Translations under genes and position numbers: made by a program
Assembly (NCBI GenBank): GCA_044343935.1
Contig: JBIJDU010000006.1
Span: 1,103 to 65,102, forward strand
DNA from: Candidatus Nanopelagicales bacterium
Lineage (GTDB): Bacteria > Actinomycetota > Actinomycetes > S36-B12 > UBA5976
Length of the DNA stretch: 64,000 bases
Direction of reading: 5' to 3'
Part shown: piece after piece, positions 38,784 to 49,046 of the stretch
Position numbering within the stretch: the stretch's first letter is position 1
How the letters are laid out: the number at the start of each line of letters is the position of its first letter
The notes under the pieces: model-generated
What the model saw: the letters and a program-made list of their open reading frames with translations, nothing else
Database searches by the model: none
Told to the model about the DNA's origin: nothing

Positions 38784-39613
38784 TGAAGCGACAATTTAGT
38801 TTGTTTGATCCAATTCTCAAGTTTGGTTTGATTATCAACACCTTCTTTGTGCTGCTCCCAACTTTCTTTGTAATCAACGCATCTTTTAGAAATACCAATG
38901 ACATTTTCAATGCACCACTCTCATTAGCAGAGCGATTTGATCTGACGAATTACCGGTTGGTATTTGAGCAAGGAAACTTCGGTAGATATTTTTGGAATTC
39001 ATTAATCGTCACCGGTGGTTCAATTGTGGTGATTTTGGTTTTAGGAACACTAGCAGGATATGCGCTCGCGAGATATACCTTTAGGTTCAATAACATTATT
39101 TATATCTTCTTCCTAACTGGATTACTAATTCCAGCGAAACTTGCCCTAGTGCCACTGTTTATTCAGCTGAAGAACATGGGACTTCTCGATAGCCGAATTG
39201 GGTTGATTCTGCTTTACTCTGCCGGCGCATTACCGGCGGCGGTGTTCATCTTTACTGGATTTATCAAAGCGCTGCCGGCAGATTTAGATAATGCTGCCCG
39301 AATTGATGGCGCAACTGAGTTTCAGGTATTCCGTAAGATCATGTTGCCGCTGATTGTTCCGGTGATGTCTATTGTTGGAATTTATTCCGCAATTCCGATC
39401 TGGAATGACTTCCTATTGCCATTAGTGTTTATTAAAGACACTTCTAAGATGACAATCATGCAAGGTATGACTGTGTTCTTTGGTGAGTATGCCAACGACT
39501 GGGGTGGGTTATTTGCTGGCTTATCACTTGCCGCACTGCCAATTGTGCTGCTGTATGTGATTTTGTCGGGTCAATTTATTAGGGGTCTTACTGCCGGAGC
39601 AACTAAAGGCTAA
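38783..39613 (+). CDS. carbohydrate ABC transporter permease
   Basis: NAARIDGA EAA-loop variant, WNDFLLPL, multiple TM segments. Confidence 0.92.
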   Translation: MKRQFSLFDPILKFGLIINTFFVLLPTFFVINASFRNTNDIFNAPLSLAERFDLTNYRLVFEQGNFGRYFWNSLIVTGGSIVVILVLGTLAGYALARYTFRFNNIIYIFFLTGLLIPAKLALVPLFIQLKNMGLLDSRIGLILLYSAGALPAAVFIFTGFIKALPADLDNAARIDGATEFQVFRKIMLPLIVPVMSIVGIYSAIPIWNDFLLPLVFIKDTSKMTIMQGMTVFFGEYANDWGGLFAGLSLAALPIVLLYVILSGQFIRGLTAGATKG

Positions 39614-39616
39614 TTT

Positions 39617-40264
39617 GTGATCAATCCAGGTAGTTTGATTGTCTCTGTTCAAGCACGTCCAGATTCAGCGCTGCGTCGACCAGAAATTCTGGCCGCAATT
39701 GCCGAAGAAGTAGTTAAAGGTGGCGCTGCAGCACTTCGAATCCAAGGTATTGAAGCTATTGCTATGGTGCGAAAAGTAGTTGATGTGCCAATTATTGGGC
39801 TAATCAAAACTGAGCGATACGGCTTTGATGCCTATATCACCGCAGCTTCGGATGAAGTAGAAGCAGTTAAGTATGCGGGCGCAGATTGTGTCGCAATTGA
39901 TGCAACTGATCGAAACCGGCCAGAGCCAATTGCTGACCTATTTGCTCGGGCGAAAGAAGTTGGACTAGAGATATTTGCCGACCTAGCAACGGTAGCTGAA
40001 GGACTTAATGCGCAAGTTTTAGGCGCTGACTATGTGGCGACAACTATGGCTGGCTACACCCAAGATAGGGCCGCCACAGTCGGCCCAGATTTTGAATTAC
40101 TCGAACAATTGATTGCCCAGCTAACTATTCCAGTCATCTTGGAAGGTCGAGTATCAACTGCCGAACAGGTGAGGCTTGCGCTGGATATGGGAGCGCATGC
40201 GGTTGTGGTGGGAAGAGCAGTTACTGCGCCCCGAACCATCACCGAAGCTCTGCACCGGAGATGA
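39617..40264 (+). CDS. nanE: N-acetylmannosamine-6-phosphate 2-epimerase
   Basis: LIVSVQA, VPIIGLIK, TTMAGYT, GPDFELL, EGR, VVGRAVTAP. Confidence 0.88.
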   Translation: MINPGSLIVSVQARPDSALRRPEILAAIAEEVVKGGAAALRIQGIEAIAMVRKVVDVPIIGLIKTERYGFDAYITAASDEVEAVKYAGADCVAIDATDRNRPEPIADLFARAKEVGLEIFADLATVAEGLNAQVLGADYVATTMAGYTQDRAATVGPDFELLEQLIAQLTIPVILEGRVSTAEQVRLALDMGAHAVVVGRAVTAPRTITEALHRR

Positions 40265-40271
40265 TTAGCGC

Positions 40272-41135
40272 ATGATGCTTTGCATTGATGCTGGCGCAAG
40301 TAGCGCAAAGTGGTGCTTGAAAACTGACGCTGGCTTTCGTACGGGTAGCGTTGGACCAATCACCGGTCACTTGTTTACTGAAGAAGCGCAAAGCGCGGCG
40401 TATGCAGAACTTGTAAAAATTGCGACGGAAACCAGTGTGATTTCAAAATTGATTATAGGAATAACTGGTCTAGATAACGGCACTGAAGTGGCAAATAATC
40501 TCCTTGCTTATCTTTCAGAGCTCTTTAAAGTAGATAAAGCAAACATTGTGATCATGAATGATATGGAGTTGGCCTATTCCGCCGTGTTTGATCCAGGCGA
40601 AGGTGTCTTGGTTTACGCTGGCACCGGCGCAATTGCCTCCCAAGTAGATAAATCGGGAAACTTTATTCGCGCTGGTGGTTGGGGATTTCATATTGGTGAT
40701 TTTGGTGCAGGCTATTCCATTGGTGCGGCTGCGCTGCGATATGTCACTGGGTTGTGGGATCAAGGCAAAGAACCGCTCAATGATGAGTTTGCCAAGGCCA
40801 TAATGAATTTTGCAAACTGTAAAGACTGGGCAGACCTTCGGATTTTTATTTATGGCAATGGCAGATCCGCAATTGCTTCAATTGCCCCCATGGTTGGTAA
40901 GTTAGCTGATGCTGGCAATGAAATCGCGCAGCTACTGATACAAGATGCCGCCTTAGCGCTAGCAGAACTGGCGCAGCACATCGTGGATCGAACTGGTGCT
41001 ACCAAAGTGATTGCAATGGGTGGCACATTCAAAATCTCCGACCAACTATTTGCCGAATTCAAAGCTGCGCTTGGCTTGTCAGTTGAATTTGTTGACGAAG
41101 ATATTGCTCAATTATGGCTAATAAGGAACAGTTAA
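40272..41135 (+). CDS. BadF/BadG/BcrA/BcrD-type N-acetylhexosamine (GlcNAc/MurNAc) kinase
   Basis: IDAGASS, MNDMELA, YAGTGAI, GGWGFHIGDFGAGYSIG motifs. Confidence 0.82.
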   Translation: MMLCIDAGASSAKWCLKTDAGFRTGSVGPITGHLFTEEAQSAAYAELVKIATETSVISKLIIGITGLDNGTEVANNLLAYLSELFKVDKANIVIMNDMELAYSAVFDPGEGVLVYAGTGAIASQVDKSGNFIRAGGWGFHIGDFGAGYSIGAAALRYVTGLWDQGKEPLNDEFAKAIMNFANCKDWADLRIFIYGNGRSAIASIAPMVGKLADAGNEIAQLLIQDAALALAELAQHIVDRTGATKVIAMGGTFKISDQLFAEFKAALGLSVEFVDEDIAQLWLIRNS

Positions 41136-41749
41136 TGGAATTTGAATCTGCGCTCGCAAATCAACAAGTCGTTCCAGTAATTACGCTAGATGATCCGGAT
41201 CTAGCCATACCAATGGCCGAAGCACTCCTTGCCGGTGGTATCTCAATCTTGGAGATAACGCTGCGTAGTGAGAATTCGATGCAAGTGTTAAAGACGCTAG
41301 CTAAAGATGAGCGATTTACCATTGGTGCGGGATCTGTTAATTCAACTGCTCAATTAGATCAAGCGATATCAGCTGGTGCCAAATTTATTGTCTCGCCGGG
41401 AAGTTATGAGCCGCTGATCAAGGCAGCGCTGGTCACCGGATTGCCTTACTTACCTGGCGTTTCCACACCTTCTGAGATTTTGCTCAATCACAATTTAGGG
41501 TTGGAATTAGTTAAATTTTTCCCAGCAAAACTTTTAGGTGGGCCAGCCGCCATTAAAACCATCTCGGCACCATTTCCAACTATGCGCTTTATGCCTACTG
41601 GCAATATCACCCAAGCCGATTACAGCGAGTATTTAGCCCTGCATAATGTGGTTGCAGTTGGTGGCAGCTGGATGGTGAAACCAGAATTAGTTACAGCGAA
41701 AGACTGGTCGAGTATTACTAAATTAGCTAGTTTGCGGGATAGCAAATGA
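41114..41749 (+). CDS. eda: KDPG/KHG aldolase
   Basis: LEITLRS, GAGSV, FIVSPG, PGVSTPSE, KFFPA, FMPTG, VAVGGSW. Confidence 0.93.
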   Translation: MANKEQLMEFESALANQQVVPVITLDDPDLAIPMAEALLAGGISILEITLRSENSMQVLKTLAKDERFTIGAGSVNSTAQLDQAISAGAKFIVSPGSYEPLIKAALVTGLPYLPGVSTPSEILLNHNLGLELVKFFPAKLLGGPAAIKTISAPFPTMRFMPTGNITQADYSEYLALHNVVAVGGSWMVKPELVTAKDWSSITKLASLRDSK

Positions 41750-42810
41750 AGTTCAAACCAGCAGATCAGGTTGCATTTGATTTAGTTTCGCTGGGTGAAG
41801 TAATGCTCCGGCTCGATCCAGGTGAAGGCCGGATTCGAACTGCTCGTGAATTTAACGTCTGGGAAGGTGGCGGCGAATATAACGTCGCCCGGGGCTTGCG
41901 AAAGTGTTTTGGCATGCGAACTGCAATTGTGACCTCACTAGTTGATAACGAAGTTGGTCGATTAGTTGAGGATTTGATCCTCACTGGTGGGGTAACAACT
42001 GATTTCATTAACTGGGTGGAGTTTGACCAGGTTGGTCGAAGTGCTCGCAACGGATTGAATTTCACTGAGCGTGGGTTTGGGTTGCGCGGTGGGGTTGGCA
42101 TATCTGATCGAGGCCATACCGCAGTTAGTCAATTAAAGCCAGGCATGATTGATTGGCAGCAGATATTTGGTGTGTTAGGAGTTCGGGTCTTTCATACTGG
42201 CGGCATTTTTGCCAGGTTATCCGATAGCACGCCAGCAGTGATTCTGGAAGCAATGACTGCAGCAAAAGAAACGGGCACGCTAATCTCCTATGACTTTAAT
42301 TACCGACCAAGTCTTTGGGCTGGCTTGGGTGGAAAAGCAAAAGCACAAGAGATAAGCAAACAGATCGCACCGTTAGTTGACATCATGATTGGTGGCGTTG
42401 ATGACTTTAATCAATCCCTTGGTATTGAAATTCCTGACCCAACTTTTGAAAACATGGTTCCAGCAGTTGTCGCGCAGTATCCGAATCTGCAATTAGTTGC
42501 CACAACAAAACGAGACTTGAAGTCGGCATCTCAGAACAGTTACAGTGCAATTGGTTGGTGCAAAGATGACGGCTTTGTCACAAGCAGTTTGAATCTAGAA
42601 GTTGAAGTGTTAGATCGAGTTGGCGCTGGCGATAGCTTTGTCTCAGCACTGATTTATTGCTTGCTTAACGCAATGTCGCTACAAACTGCGTTGGATTATG
42701 GCGTGGCGCATGGTGCGCTCACTATGACCACGCCAGGGGATAACTCCATGGCTACGCTAGCTGATGTGCAGGCTGTTATTGCTGGTGGCTCGGCAACAAT
42801 TAAGCGTTAA
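41746..42810 (+). CDS. kdgK: 2-keto-3-deoxygluconate kinase (PfkB family)
   Basis: GEVMLRLDPG, GGGEYNVA, YDFNYRPSLW, DRVGAGDSF; coupled to eda. Confidence 0.85.
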   Translation: MKFKPADQVAFDLVSLGEVMLRLDPGEGRIRTAREFNVWEGGGEYNVARGLRKCFGMRTAIVTSLVDNEVGRLVEDLILTGGVTTDFINWVEFDQVGRSARNGLNFTERGFGLRGGVGISDRGHTAVSQLKPGMIDWQQIFGVLGVRVFHTGGIFARLSDSTPAVILEAMTAAKETGTLISYDFNYRPSLWAGLGGKAKAQEISKQIAPLVDIMIGGVDDFNQSLGIEIPDPTFENMVPAVVAQYPNLQLVATTKRDLKSASQNSYSAIGWCKDDGFVTSSLNLEVEVLDRVGAGDSFVSALIYCLLNAMSLQTALDYGVAHGALTMTTPGDNSMATLADVQAVIAGGSATIKR

Positions 42811-43858
42811 GCGAGTTACTTAAAGCAACAAATTCAGCAAGGTGTAAAACTTTAGTTTTTATCTTACGTTTTCTCAATTGCGTCTTTAGTTGACGGGTAC
42901 AACCTGGGTTTACGCTGATAATGAAATCTAAATCAAGCTTGGCAATCTCTTTAGCTTTTTTCTCAAAGACTCGATTGGAATCTTTCGCTCGCAAAATTGC
43001 ATAAGTGCCAGCAGCACCACAGCAATCACTTGCGCCAGGTAGCTCAACATAATCTGCGATCTGCGCTAGCACTTTGCGTGGTTCGTTAAAGATCTGCAGG
43101 CCATGTCGTAAATGGCAAGAATCTTGGAGTGCAACTCTGGCTCTTTTGCCATTAATCATTACTGGCTTTAATTGATCTGTTTTTTCGGCTAACGCTTGCG
43201 AGTATTCAAATACGCGCTCTTTGCCTAGCACCGCGGCAAGATGAGCCGCACAACCACCACTGGTGGTTAGGATTTTGCCCGGCAGTTTTTCACCTAATTC
43301 TTTTGCCATCTCTTTGCCACGTTCAAGCTCACCGTTATGGGCATGCAGCGCACCACAGCAACCTTGATTCCCGCTAGCGCTGGCGGGCAGATTGGTTTGA
43401 GCCGCCTTTGAAATTCCAGGAAATAGACCGCGCTCAAAACAACCTAACATCAATGAATAATCAGCCGGTTCTTGCTTTTTGAAATTCCTTAAATTGAATG
43501 CACCTAAGAATCGAACTCGCCAAGGCTGGTTTACGGCAAACAACAGCACTTTCAGAATTAGATTTCGATTACTGCCTTGCCAAGCGGCAGATCGCCATTC
43601 TTCAAGCAATGTGCCGTATTCCACGCCAGCCGGACAAACACTCTCACATGCCCGGCAGCCCAAGCAAAAACTAGATTGTGCCAAAGTCTGATCAAGCGAT
43701 AACTCACCAATTTGAACTGCCCGCATTAAATTAATTCGGCCTCGCGGTGATGACTCTTCTTCTTGCGTTAGCGCATAAGTGGGGCAGGCCGGTAAGCAGT
43801 AGCCACAGGAAATACAGCGCTCTAACCGGCTGGGCGTGAATGGCAGATCTTGTTTCAT
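42800..43858 (-). CDS. GlcF-like Fe-S subunit (2x4Fe-4S plus two CCG domains)
   Basis: CISCGYCLPACP, CLGCRACESVCP, GCCGA, DSCH, DCCGAAG. Confidence 0.85.
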   Translation of the reverse strand: MKQDLPFTPSRLERCISCGYCLPACPTYALTQEEESSPRGRINLMRAVQIGELSLDQTLAQSSFCLGCRACESVCPAGVEYGTLLEEWRSAAWQGSNRNLILKVLLFAVNQPWRVRFLGAFNLRNFKKQEPADYSLMLGCFERGLFPGISKAAQTNLPASASGNQGCCGALHAHNGELERGKEMAKELGEKLPGKILTTSGGCAAHLAAVLGKERVFEYSQALAEKTDQLKPVMINGKRARVALQDSCHLRHGLQIFNEPRKVLAQIADYVELPGASDCCGAAGTYAILRAKDSNRVFEKKAKEIAKLDLDFIISVNPGCTRQLKTQLRKRKIKTKVLHLAEFVALSNSLNA

Positions 43859-45258
43859 GAGCCAGTCTTTCCCGGATTTAAAATTCCATTTGGATCAAAT
43901 GCAGTTTTAATTCGGCGGAATAACGCCATTTGTTCTTTGCCGACTTTGCGCTCAAGATATGGCAGCTTGGCAATCCCAACACCGTGCTCGCCAGTGATGG
44001 TGCCACCCATGTCAAGGGAAAGCGTAAAGATGTCATCGAGCGCTTGATGCAATCGGGCAACTTCAGCTGGATCGTTAATATCGGCTAATACTTTTGGATG
44101 TAAATTGCCATCGCCAGCATGACCAAACACCCCAATTTTCACATTACGCTTTTTACTTATCTCGCTAATCTTTGCCACAGTTTCAGCGAGTAGCGGTCTT
44201 GGCACACAAATATCTTCACTAACTGCAAGTGATGCTTCCCGAGCCAACGCGGGCAATGCACAGCGCCTTGCAAAAAGTAGCTGATCTGCCTCAACTACAT
44301 TTTTTGCCCTAGTAACCGAGATCACGCCAGGGGTTGCAGCACAAATATCTGCCATTTGCTGAGTTTTAATCTCAACATCATCACTATCGCCATCTTCACC
44401 AAATAACAGCAACGCGCCGGCAGTGGTGTCTAACCCAATATTTGCAAACTTTTCTACCGCAATAATACAAACCTGATCCAAGAACTCAAGCGTCGCTGGC
44501 AAAATGCCAGCTCCCACAATGTTATCCACTGCAACTGAGGCATCGGCAAGTGTTTTGAAGTATGCAACACCGTATTTAGAAATAGTAGGACGAGGTCGCA
44601 GCGCAACTATTGCTTTAGTAATAACGCCAAGCGTGCCTTCCGAGCCAACCATTAATCTGGTTATGTCGTAACCGGCAACATCTTTCACCATGCGAGATCC
44701 AGTATTAATTACTTCGCCGGTGCCAAGCACTACTTCCAATCCAAGTACATAGTTTCTAGTGACACCATATTTAAGACCGCGTAAGCCACCAGCGCAGGTA
44801 GCAATATTGCCGCCAATGGTAGATACCGTTTTTGAACCAGGATCAGGTGGATACATCAAGCCGTATGCCGCTGCGGCTTCATCCAAGTTAACATTTGTTA
44901 CTGCTGGTTCCACTACCGCCAACATCTCTGATTTTGAGATTTCCAAAATTCGATTCAGTTTAGTCATTACCAAAATGATGCCACCAGTGATTGGCACTGT
45001 TGCTGCCGCTAAATTGCTACCGGCACCACGAGTAATGATCGGCACATTGTGCTCATTTGCAAAGTTAATTAACTTAACAACATCTTCAGTTGATTCAGCA
45101 AACACCACCGCTTCTGGGGCGGCTTTGAATTCTGGTGTGGCATCAGTGGAATAAGCGGTAATGGTCACCGGATCGGATTTGACCTTATCGCCAAAAAGCT
45201 GATGCAGGGCTGGGAGATTCATCTGATGGCAAGGATACACCTGAGGGGAACTGCGCAT
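43855..45258 (-). CDS. GlcD-like FAD-linked oxidase (glycolate/D-lactate dehydrogenase family)
   Basis: TRGAGSNL, YPPDPGS, GGLRGLKYGVTR, GSEGTLG, GHAGDGNLH, GEHGVG. Confidence 0.9.
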   Translation of the reverse strand: MRSSPQVYPCHQMNLPALHQLFGDKVKSDPVTITAYSTDATPEFKAAPEAVVFAESTEDVVKLINFANEHNVPIITRGAGSNLAAATVPITGGIILVMTKLNRILEISKSEMLAVVEPAVTNVNLDEAAAAYGLMYPPDPGSKTVSTIGGNIATCAGGLRGLKYGVTRNYVLGLEVVLGTGEVINTGSRMVKDVAGYDITRLMVGSEGTLGVITKAIVALRPRPTISKYGVAYFKTLADASVAVDNIVGAGILPATLEFLDQVCIIAVEKFANIGLDTTAGALLLFGEDGDSDDVEIKTQQMADICAATPGVISVTRAKNVVEADQLLFARRCALPALAREASLAVSEDICVPRPLLAETVAKISEISKKRNVKIGVFGHAGDGNLHPKVLADINDPAEVARLHQALDDIFTLSLDMGGTITGEHGVGIAKLPYLERKVGKEQMALFRRIKTAFDPNGILNPGKTGS

Positions 45259-45358
45259 TTGGGGTTAACCCTCAACATTTTTAAAGATTTTGTGACTGAT
45301 TCAACCTCTTTTGAAGCGCAGCGATAAGAATTCAGAGATATATTGTAATTGATCGAAG

Positions 45359-45769
45359 TTGAGGAGAAATATGTATTCTGCCGTGAAAAATTTAATCATT
45401 GGCTTAGTATCCACAGGTTTTTTGATTAGTTCGCTTGCTGTTTCAGCTTCGGCTCGCGAGATAGTCCGCACTGGAAATTGTTCAGCTGGGTCAATTTACG
45501 AAGCCGATATGGAGTTGGAATATCGAGTTTGGGATTTAAGTTTTGATGTTGAAACCCGCACAGCAAATCAAAACTGGACCTTTACCCTGAAGCAAAATGG
45601 CAAATCTGTTTATAACAGTACCAAATCAGCCGTAAGCGATTTTGACGACAATTACGCCGAAGTGGAATGGGATGTAATTCGGCCTGACCGCTCGAGCCGG
45701 GACAGATTTCAATTCGTTGCCAAGAATCAGGTAACTGGTGAGGTTTGTCGAGTAACACTTCGTGAATAA
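45359..45769 (+). CDS. secreted hypothetical protein (one Cys pair)
   Basis: signal peptide ending SASA; RTGNCS..TGEVC. Confidence 0.7.
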   Translation: MRRNMYSAVKNLIIGLVSTGFLISSLAVSASAREIVRTGNCSAGSIYEADMELEYRVWDLSFDVETRTANQNWTFTLKQNGKSVYNSTKSAVSDFDDNYAEVEWDVIRPDRSSRDRFQFVAKNQVTGEVCRVTLRE

Positions 45770-45789
45770 TGAAGCGGTTTCTTTTCATT

Positions 45790-45818
45790 GAGGTGCACCT
45801 TGAAGTAAGGTGCACCTC
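45790..45818. promoter_or_regulatory. 12-bp stem-loop built from two copies of the palindrome AGGTGCACCT, at the purS start
   Basis: gaggtgcacctt-gaagt-aaggtgcacctc. Confidence 0.55.
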
Positions 45819-46076
45819 GTGGAAAAAATCATTGTCGAAGTAATGCCAAAACCTGAGATTTTGGACCCGCAAGGTCGAGCCATCCAGGGCGTATTTAATC
45901 GAGATGGGCATGGTGCCATTACTAATGTTCGTCAAGGCAAGCGATTTGAAATTACCGTAACCGGCCCAATCACTGATCAATTGCTTGATGAAGTAGAAGA
46001 GCTAGCCGCAACTGTGCTGAGCAATCCGGTAATTGAGAGTTACGCAATTTATGCTGATGAAGGCGAGGGCGAGTGA
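45810..46076 (+). CDS. purS: FGAM synthase subunit PurS
   Basis: [27 protein letters not shown]; start may be GTG at 45819. Confidence 0.95.
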   Translation: MHLVEKIIVEVMPKPEILDPQGRAIQGVFNRDGHGAITNVRQGKRFEITVTGPITDQLLDEVEELAATVLSNPVIESYAIYADEGEGE

Positions 46077-46741
46077 CCACTCGCGTCGGGGTAGTTACTT
46101 TTCCGGGCACGCTTGATGATCGAGATGCCGCAACTGCAGTAGCGCTTGGTGGCGCACAAGCAGTTCCGCTCTGGCATAAAGATACGAATTTAAATGATGT
46201 TGATGCGGTAATTCTTCCGGGCGGCTTTTCCTACGGGGATTATTTGCGCGCTGGGGCATTAGCAAGTGTGTCACCCATTATGAAATCAGTTGTTGAAAAA
46301 GCAAATGAAGGTATGCCAGTGCTGGGAATATGTAACGGATTTCAAATGCTATGCGAAACCGGATTATTACCTGGTGCACTAACTCGTAATCGTGATCTAC
46401 ATTTTATTTGTCGCCCAGAATTAATTACTATCACAAATACCAAGACCGCTTGGACGAATTTTTTTCAGCCTGGCGCTGAGTTGCTTATTCCAGTAAAGAA
46501 TGGTGAAGGCTGTTATCAGTTAACGCCAGAGTCACTTGCCGAAATAGAAGCTAAAGGTTTAGTGGTAGCGCGTTATCAAAATAATCCAAATGGCTCAGTA
46601 AATGATATTGCGGCCATCGCAAATGAAGCTGGAAACGTAGTTGGCATCATGCCCCATCCCGAACATGCTGTTGATGGTTTAGTTGGCGCAGGAGTTGATG
46701 GGCTTGGCTTCTTCTGGTCAATTGCAGGAGTTACGGTCTAA
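46073..46741 (+). CDS. purQ: FGAM synthase glutaminase subunit
   Basis: [29 protein letters not shown]. Confidence 0.97.
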   Translation: MTTRVGVVTFPGTLDDRDAATAVALGGAQAVPLWHKDTNLNDVDAVILPGGFSYGDYLRAGALASVSPIMKSVVEKANEGMPVLGICNGFQMLCETGLLPGALTRNRDLHFICRPELITITNTKTAWTNFFQPGAELLIPVKNGEGCYQLTPESLAEIEAKGLVVARYQNNPNGSVNDIAAIANEAGNVVGIMPHPEHAVDGLVGAGVDGLGFFWSIAGVTV

Positions 46742-48988
46742 ATGGTTGATACAGTCCTAAATGCGGAACAAACGCCAGAAGTTGATCAACCATGGCAACA
46801 GCTCGGCTTAAAAGAAGACGAATATTTACGAATTAAAGAAATTTTAAATCGCCGGCCAACTTCTGCTGAGCTGGCAATGTATTCAGTGATGTGGAGCGAG
46901 CACTGTAGCTATAAGAGCAGCAAGGTTCACCTAAAGCAATTTGGTGAGAAAACCCCAGATAGTGACGTGTTGTTAGTTGGTATTGGTGAGAACGCCGGAG
47001 TTGTTGATATTGGCGATAACTGGGCGGTTACATTTAAAGTTGAATCACACAATCACCCATCATTCATTGAGCCATACCAAGGTGCCGCAACTGGCGTTGG
47101 TGGCATTGTGCGAGACATTTTGGCGATGGGAGCGCGCCCGCTTGCTGTGATGGATTCGCTGCGGTTTGGCGATCCCAAAGCGCCCGATACGGCGCGAGTT
47201 TTAAACGGTGTGGTCGCTGGCATTGGTGGGTATGGCAATAGTTTGGGACTGCCAAACATTGGTGGCGAAACGGTGTTTCATAAATCCTACGCTGGTAATC
47301 CACTAGTTAATGCGCTCTGTGTTGGCGCAATGAAGCATGATCAAATTTTAACTTCGGGCGCTGAAGAAATAGGCGATTTAGTTGTTCTTTATGGTGCTGC
47401 AACTGGTGGCGATGGCATCGGTGGTGTTTCAGTTTTAGCATCAGAAGTTTTTGATGAATCAGCTCATTCGGCTCGACCAAGCGTGCAAGTGGGTGATCCA
47501 TTCATGGAGAAGCTACTAATCGAAGCCACGTTAGAAATGGCGCGTGCAGGCTTAATTGAAGCGATTCAAGATCTAGGTGGTGCTGGCTTATCTTGTGCAA
47601 CTAGTGAAATGGCAAGTAATGGTTCTGGTGGTATGCGGGTGCAACTTGATTTAGTTCCACTTCGAGACTCATCACTTTCACCTGAAGAAATCTTGATGAG
47701 TGAATCGCAAGAGCGAATGTGCGCAATTATTGCGCCAGAGAATCTGGATGCGGTGCTCGCAATTTGTGATAAGTGGGATTTGAGCGCAACTGTGATTGGT
47801 GAAGTAACCCAAACAGATAAGTTAGAGATTTATTGGCACGATGAATTAATTGTTGATGTTCCACCTAGAACTGTTGCGCATGAAGGTCCAGTTTATGAAA
47901 GGCCGGTGAAGCGACCGGCAAATCAAGATAACTTGATTGTAAACACCACGGCAACTTTGCCAAAACCAACTGATGGAGTAGGGATTAAGGCAGATTTAGT
48001 TAAGTTGTTAAGTCATGCAAATTTGGCAGATAAGTCTTGGATCACAGAGCAATACGATAAATATGTACGCGGCGACACTGTGCTTTCCGCACCTGATGAT
48101 GCTGGCATGGTTCGCATTGATCGTAAAACTGGAAAAGGTGTCGCGATATCGTTAGATGGTAATGGTCGGTATTGCCAACTAGATCCATATCTTGGTGCGC
48201 AATTAAATTTAGCTGAGGCTTATCGCAATGTGGCAATGAGTGGGGCAAAGCCAATTGCAGTAACAAATTGCCTTAACTTTGGCTCACCCGAAGATCCAGA
48301 AATTATGTGGCAATTTGCTGAAGCTGTATCAGGTCTTGCTGATGGAGCGCTTGAATTTGGTACGCCAGTTACCGGCGGTAATGTTTCGTTCTATAACCAA
48401 ACTGGCGATGTGGCAATTCTGCCAACACCAGTAATTGGCGTGCTTGGTGTACTTGATGACGTTGGCAAGCGGATCACTCGAGTTTACTCGTCACCCGGTA
48501 GCAAGGTTTATCTGCTTGGTGAAACTAAACCAGAACTAGATGGCTCTATCTGGGCTGAAGTCATTCACAATCATCTTGGTGGCGTACCGCCAAAATTGAA
48601 TATTGATGCAGAGAAAGTACTGGCTCGTTGCATGCGAAACTTTGCAGCGTATGGGATCGCAGAAGCAGCGCATGATTTAGCAGATGGTGGCTTATTAGTT
48701 GCGCTCGCCGAGATGGTTTATGACTCTGGAATTGGTATGCGAGTTGAGTTGCCTGCCGAATTGATGACCGCTGAAATGCTATTTAGCGAATCAACTGCCC
48801 GAGCGCTGGTGGTGGTATCAGGTTATGGCGATACCGGCTTTCACAAGCTCTGCACAGAATTGAATCAGCCAGTCACATTAATTGGTGAAATTGATGACGA
48901 ATATGATGGCTTAGATGTCGCTGGGCTATTTAGCTTAGGAAGCCAGGAACTTTCAGCCGCATTTCAAACTAAATTGTTAGCAAACTAA
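46742..48988 (+). CDS. purL: FGAM synthase synthetase subunit
   Basis: [41 protein letters not shown]. Confidence 0.98.
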   Translation: MVDTVLNAEQTPEVDQPWQQLGLKEDEYLRIKEILNRRPTSAELAMYSVMWSEHCSYKSSKVHLKQFGEKTPDSDVLLVGIGENAGVVDIGDNWAVTFKVESHNHPSFIEPYQGAATGVGGIVRDILAMGARPLAVMDSLRFGDPKAPDTARVLNGVVAGIGGYGNSLGLPNIGGETVFHKSYAGNPLVNALCVGAMKHDQILTSGAEEIGDLVVLYGAATGGDGIGGVSVLASEVFDESAHSARPSVQVGDPFMEKLLIEATLEMARAGLIEAIQDLGGAGLSCATSEMASNGSGGMRVQLDLVPLRDSSLSPEEILMSESQERMCAIIAPENLDAVLAICDKWDLSATVIGEVTQTDKLEIYWHDELIVDVPPRTVAHEGPVYERPVKRPANQDNLIVNTTATLPKPTDGVGIKADLVKLLSHANLADKSWITEQYDKYVRGDTVLSAPDDAGMVRIDRKTGKGVAISLDGNGRYCQLDPYLGAQLNLAEAYRNVAMSGAKPIAVTNCLNFGSPEDPEIMWQFAEAVSGLADGALEFGTPVTGGNVSFYNQTGDVAILPTPVIGVLGVLDDVGKRITRVYSSPGSKVYLLGETKPELDGSIWAEVIHNHLGGVPPKLNIDAEKVLARCMRNFAAYGIAEAAHDLADGGLLVALAEMVYDSGIGMRVELPAELMTAEMLFSESTARALVVVSGYGDTGFHKLCTELNQPVTLIGEIDDEYDGLDVAGLFSLGSQELSAAFQTKLLAN

Positions 48989-49046
48989 CGTAGATTGCGT
49001 CAAATAGATAAATCGCTTTAACAGAAATTTCGGCTAGATTTTTGCC

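Noticed and set aside
42800-43858. glcF-like gene as a pseudogene because it is shorter than I expect for the family
   Set aside because: The frame is continuous and keeps both ferredoxin motifs and both CCG motifs; more consistent with streamlining.
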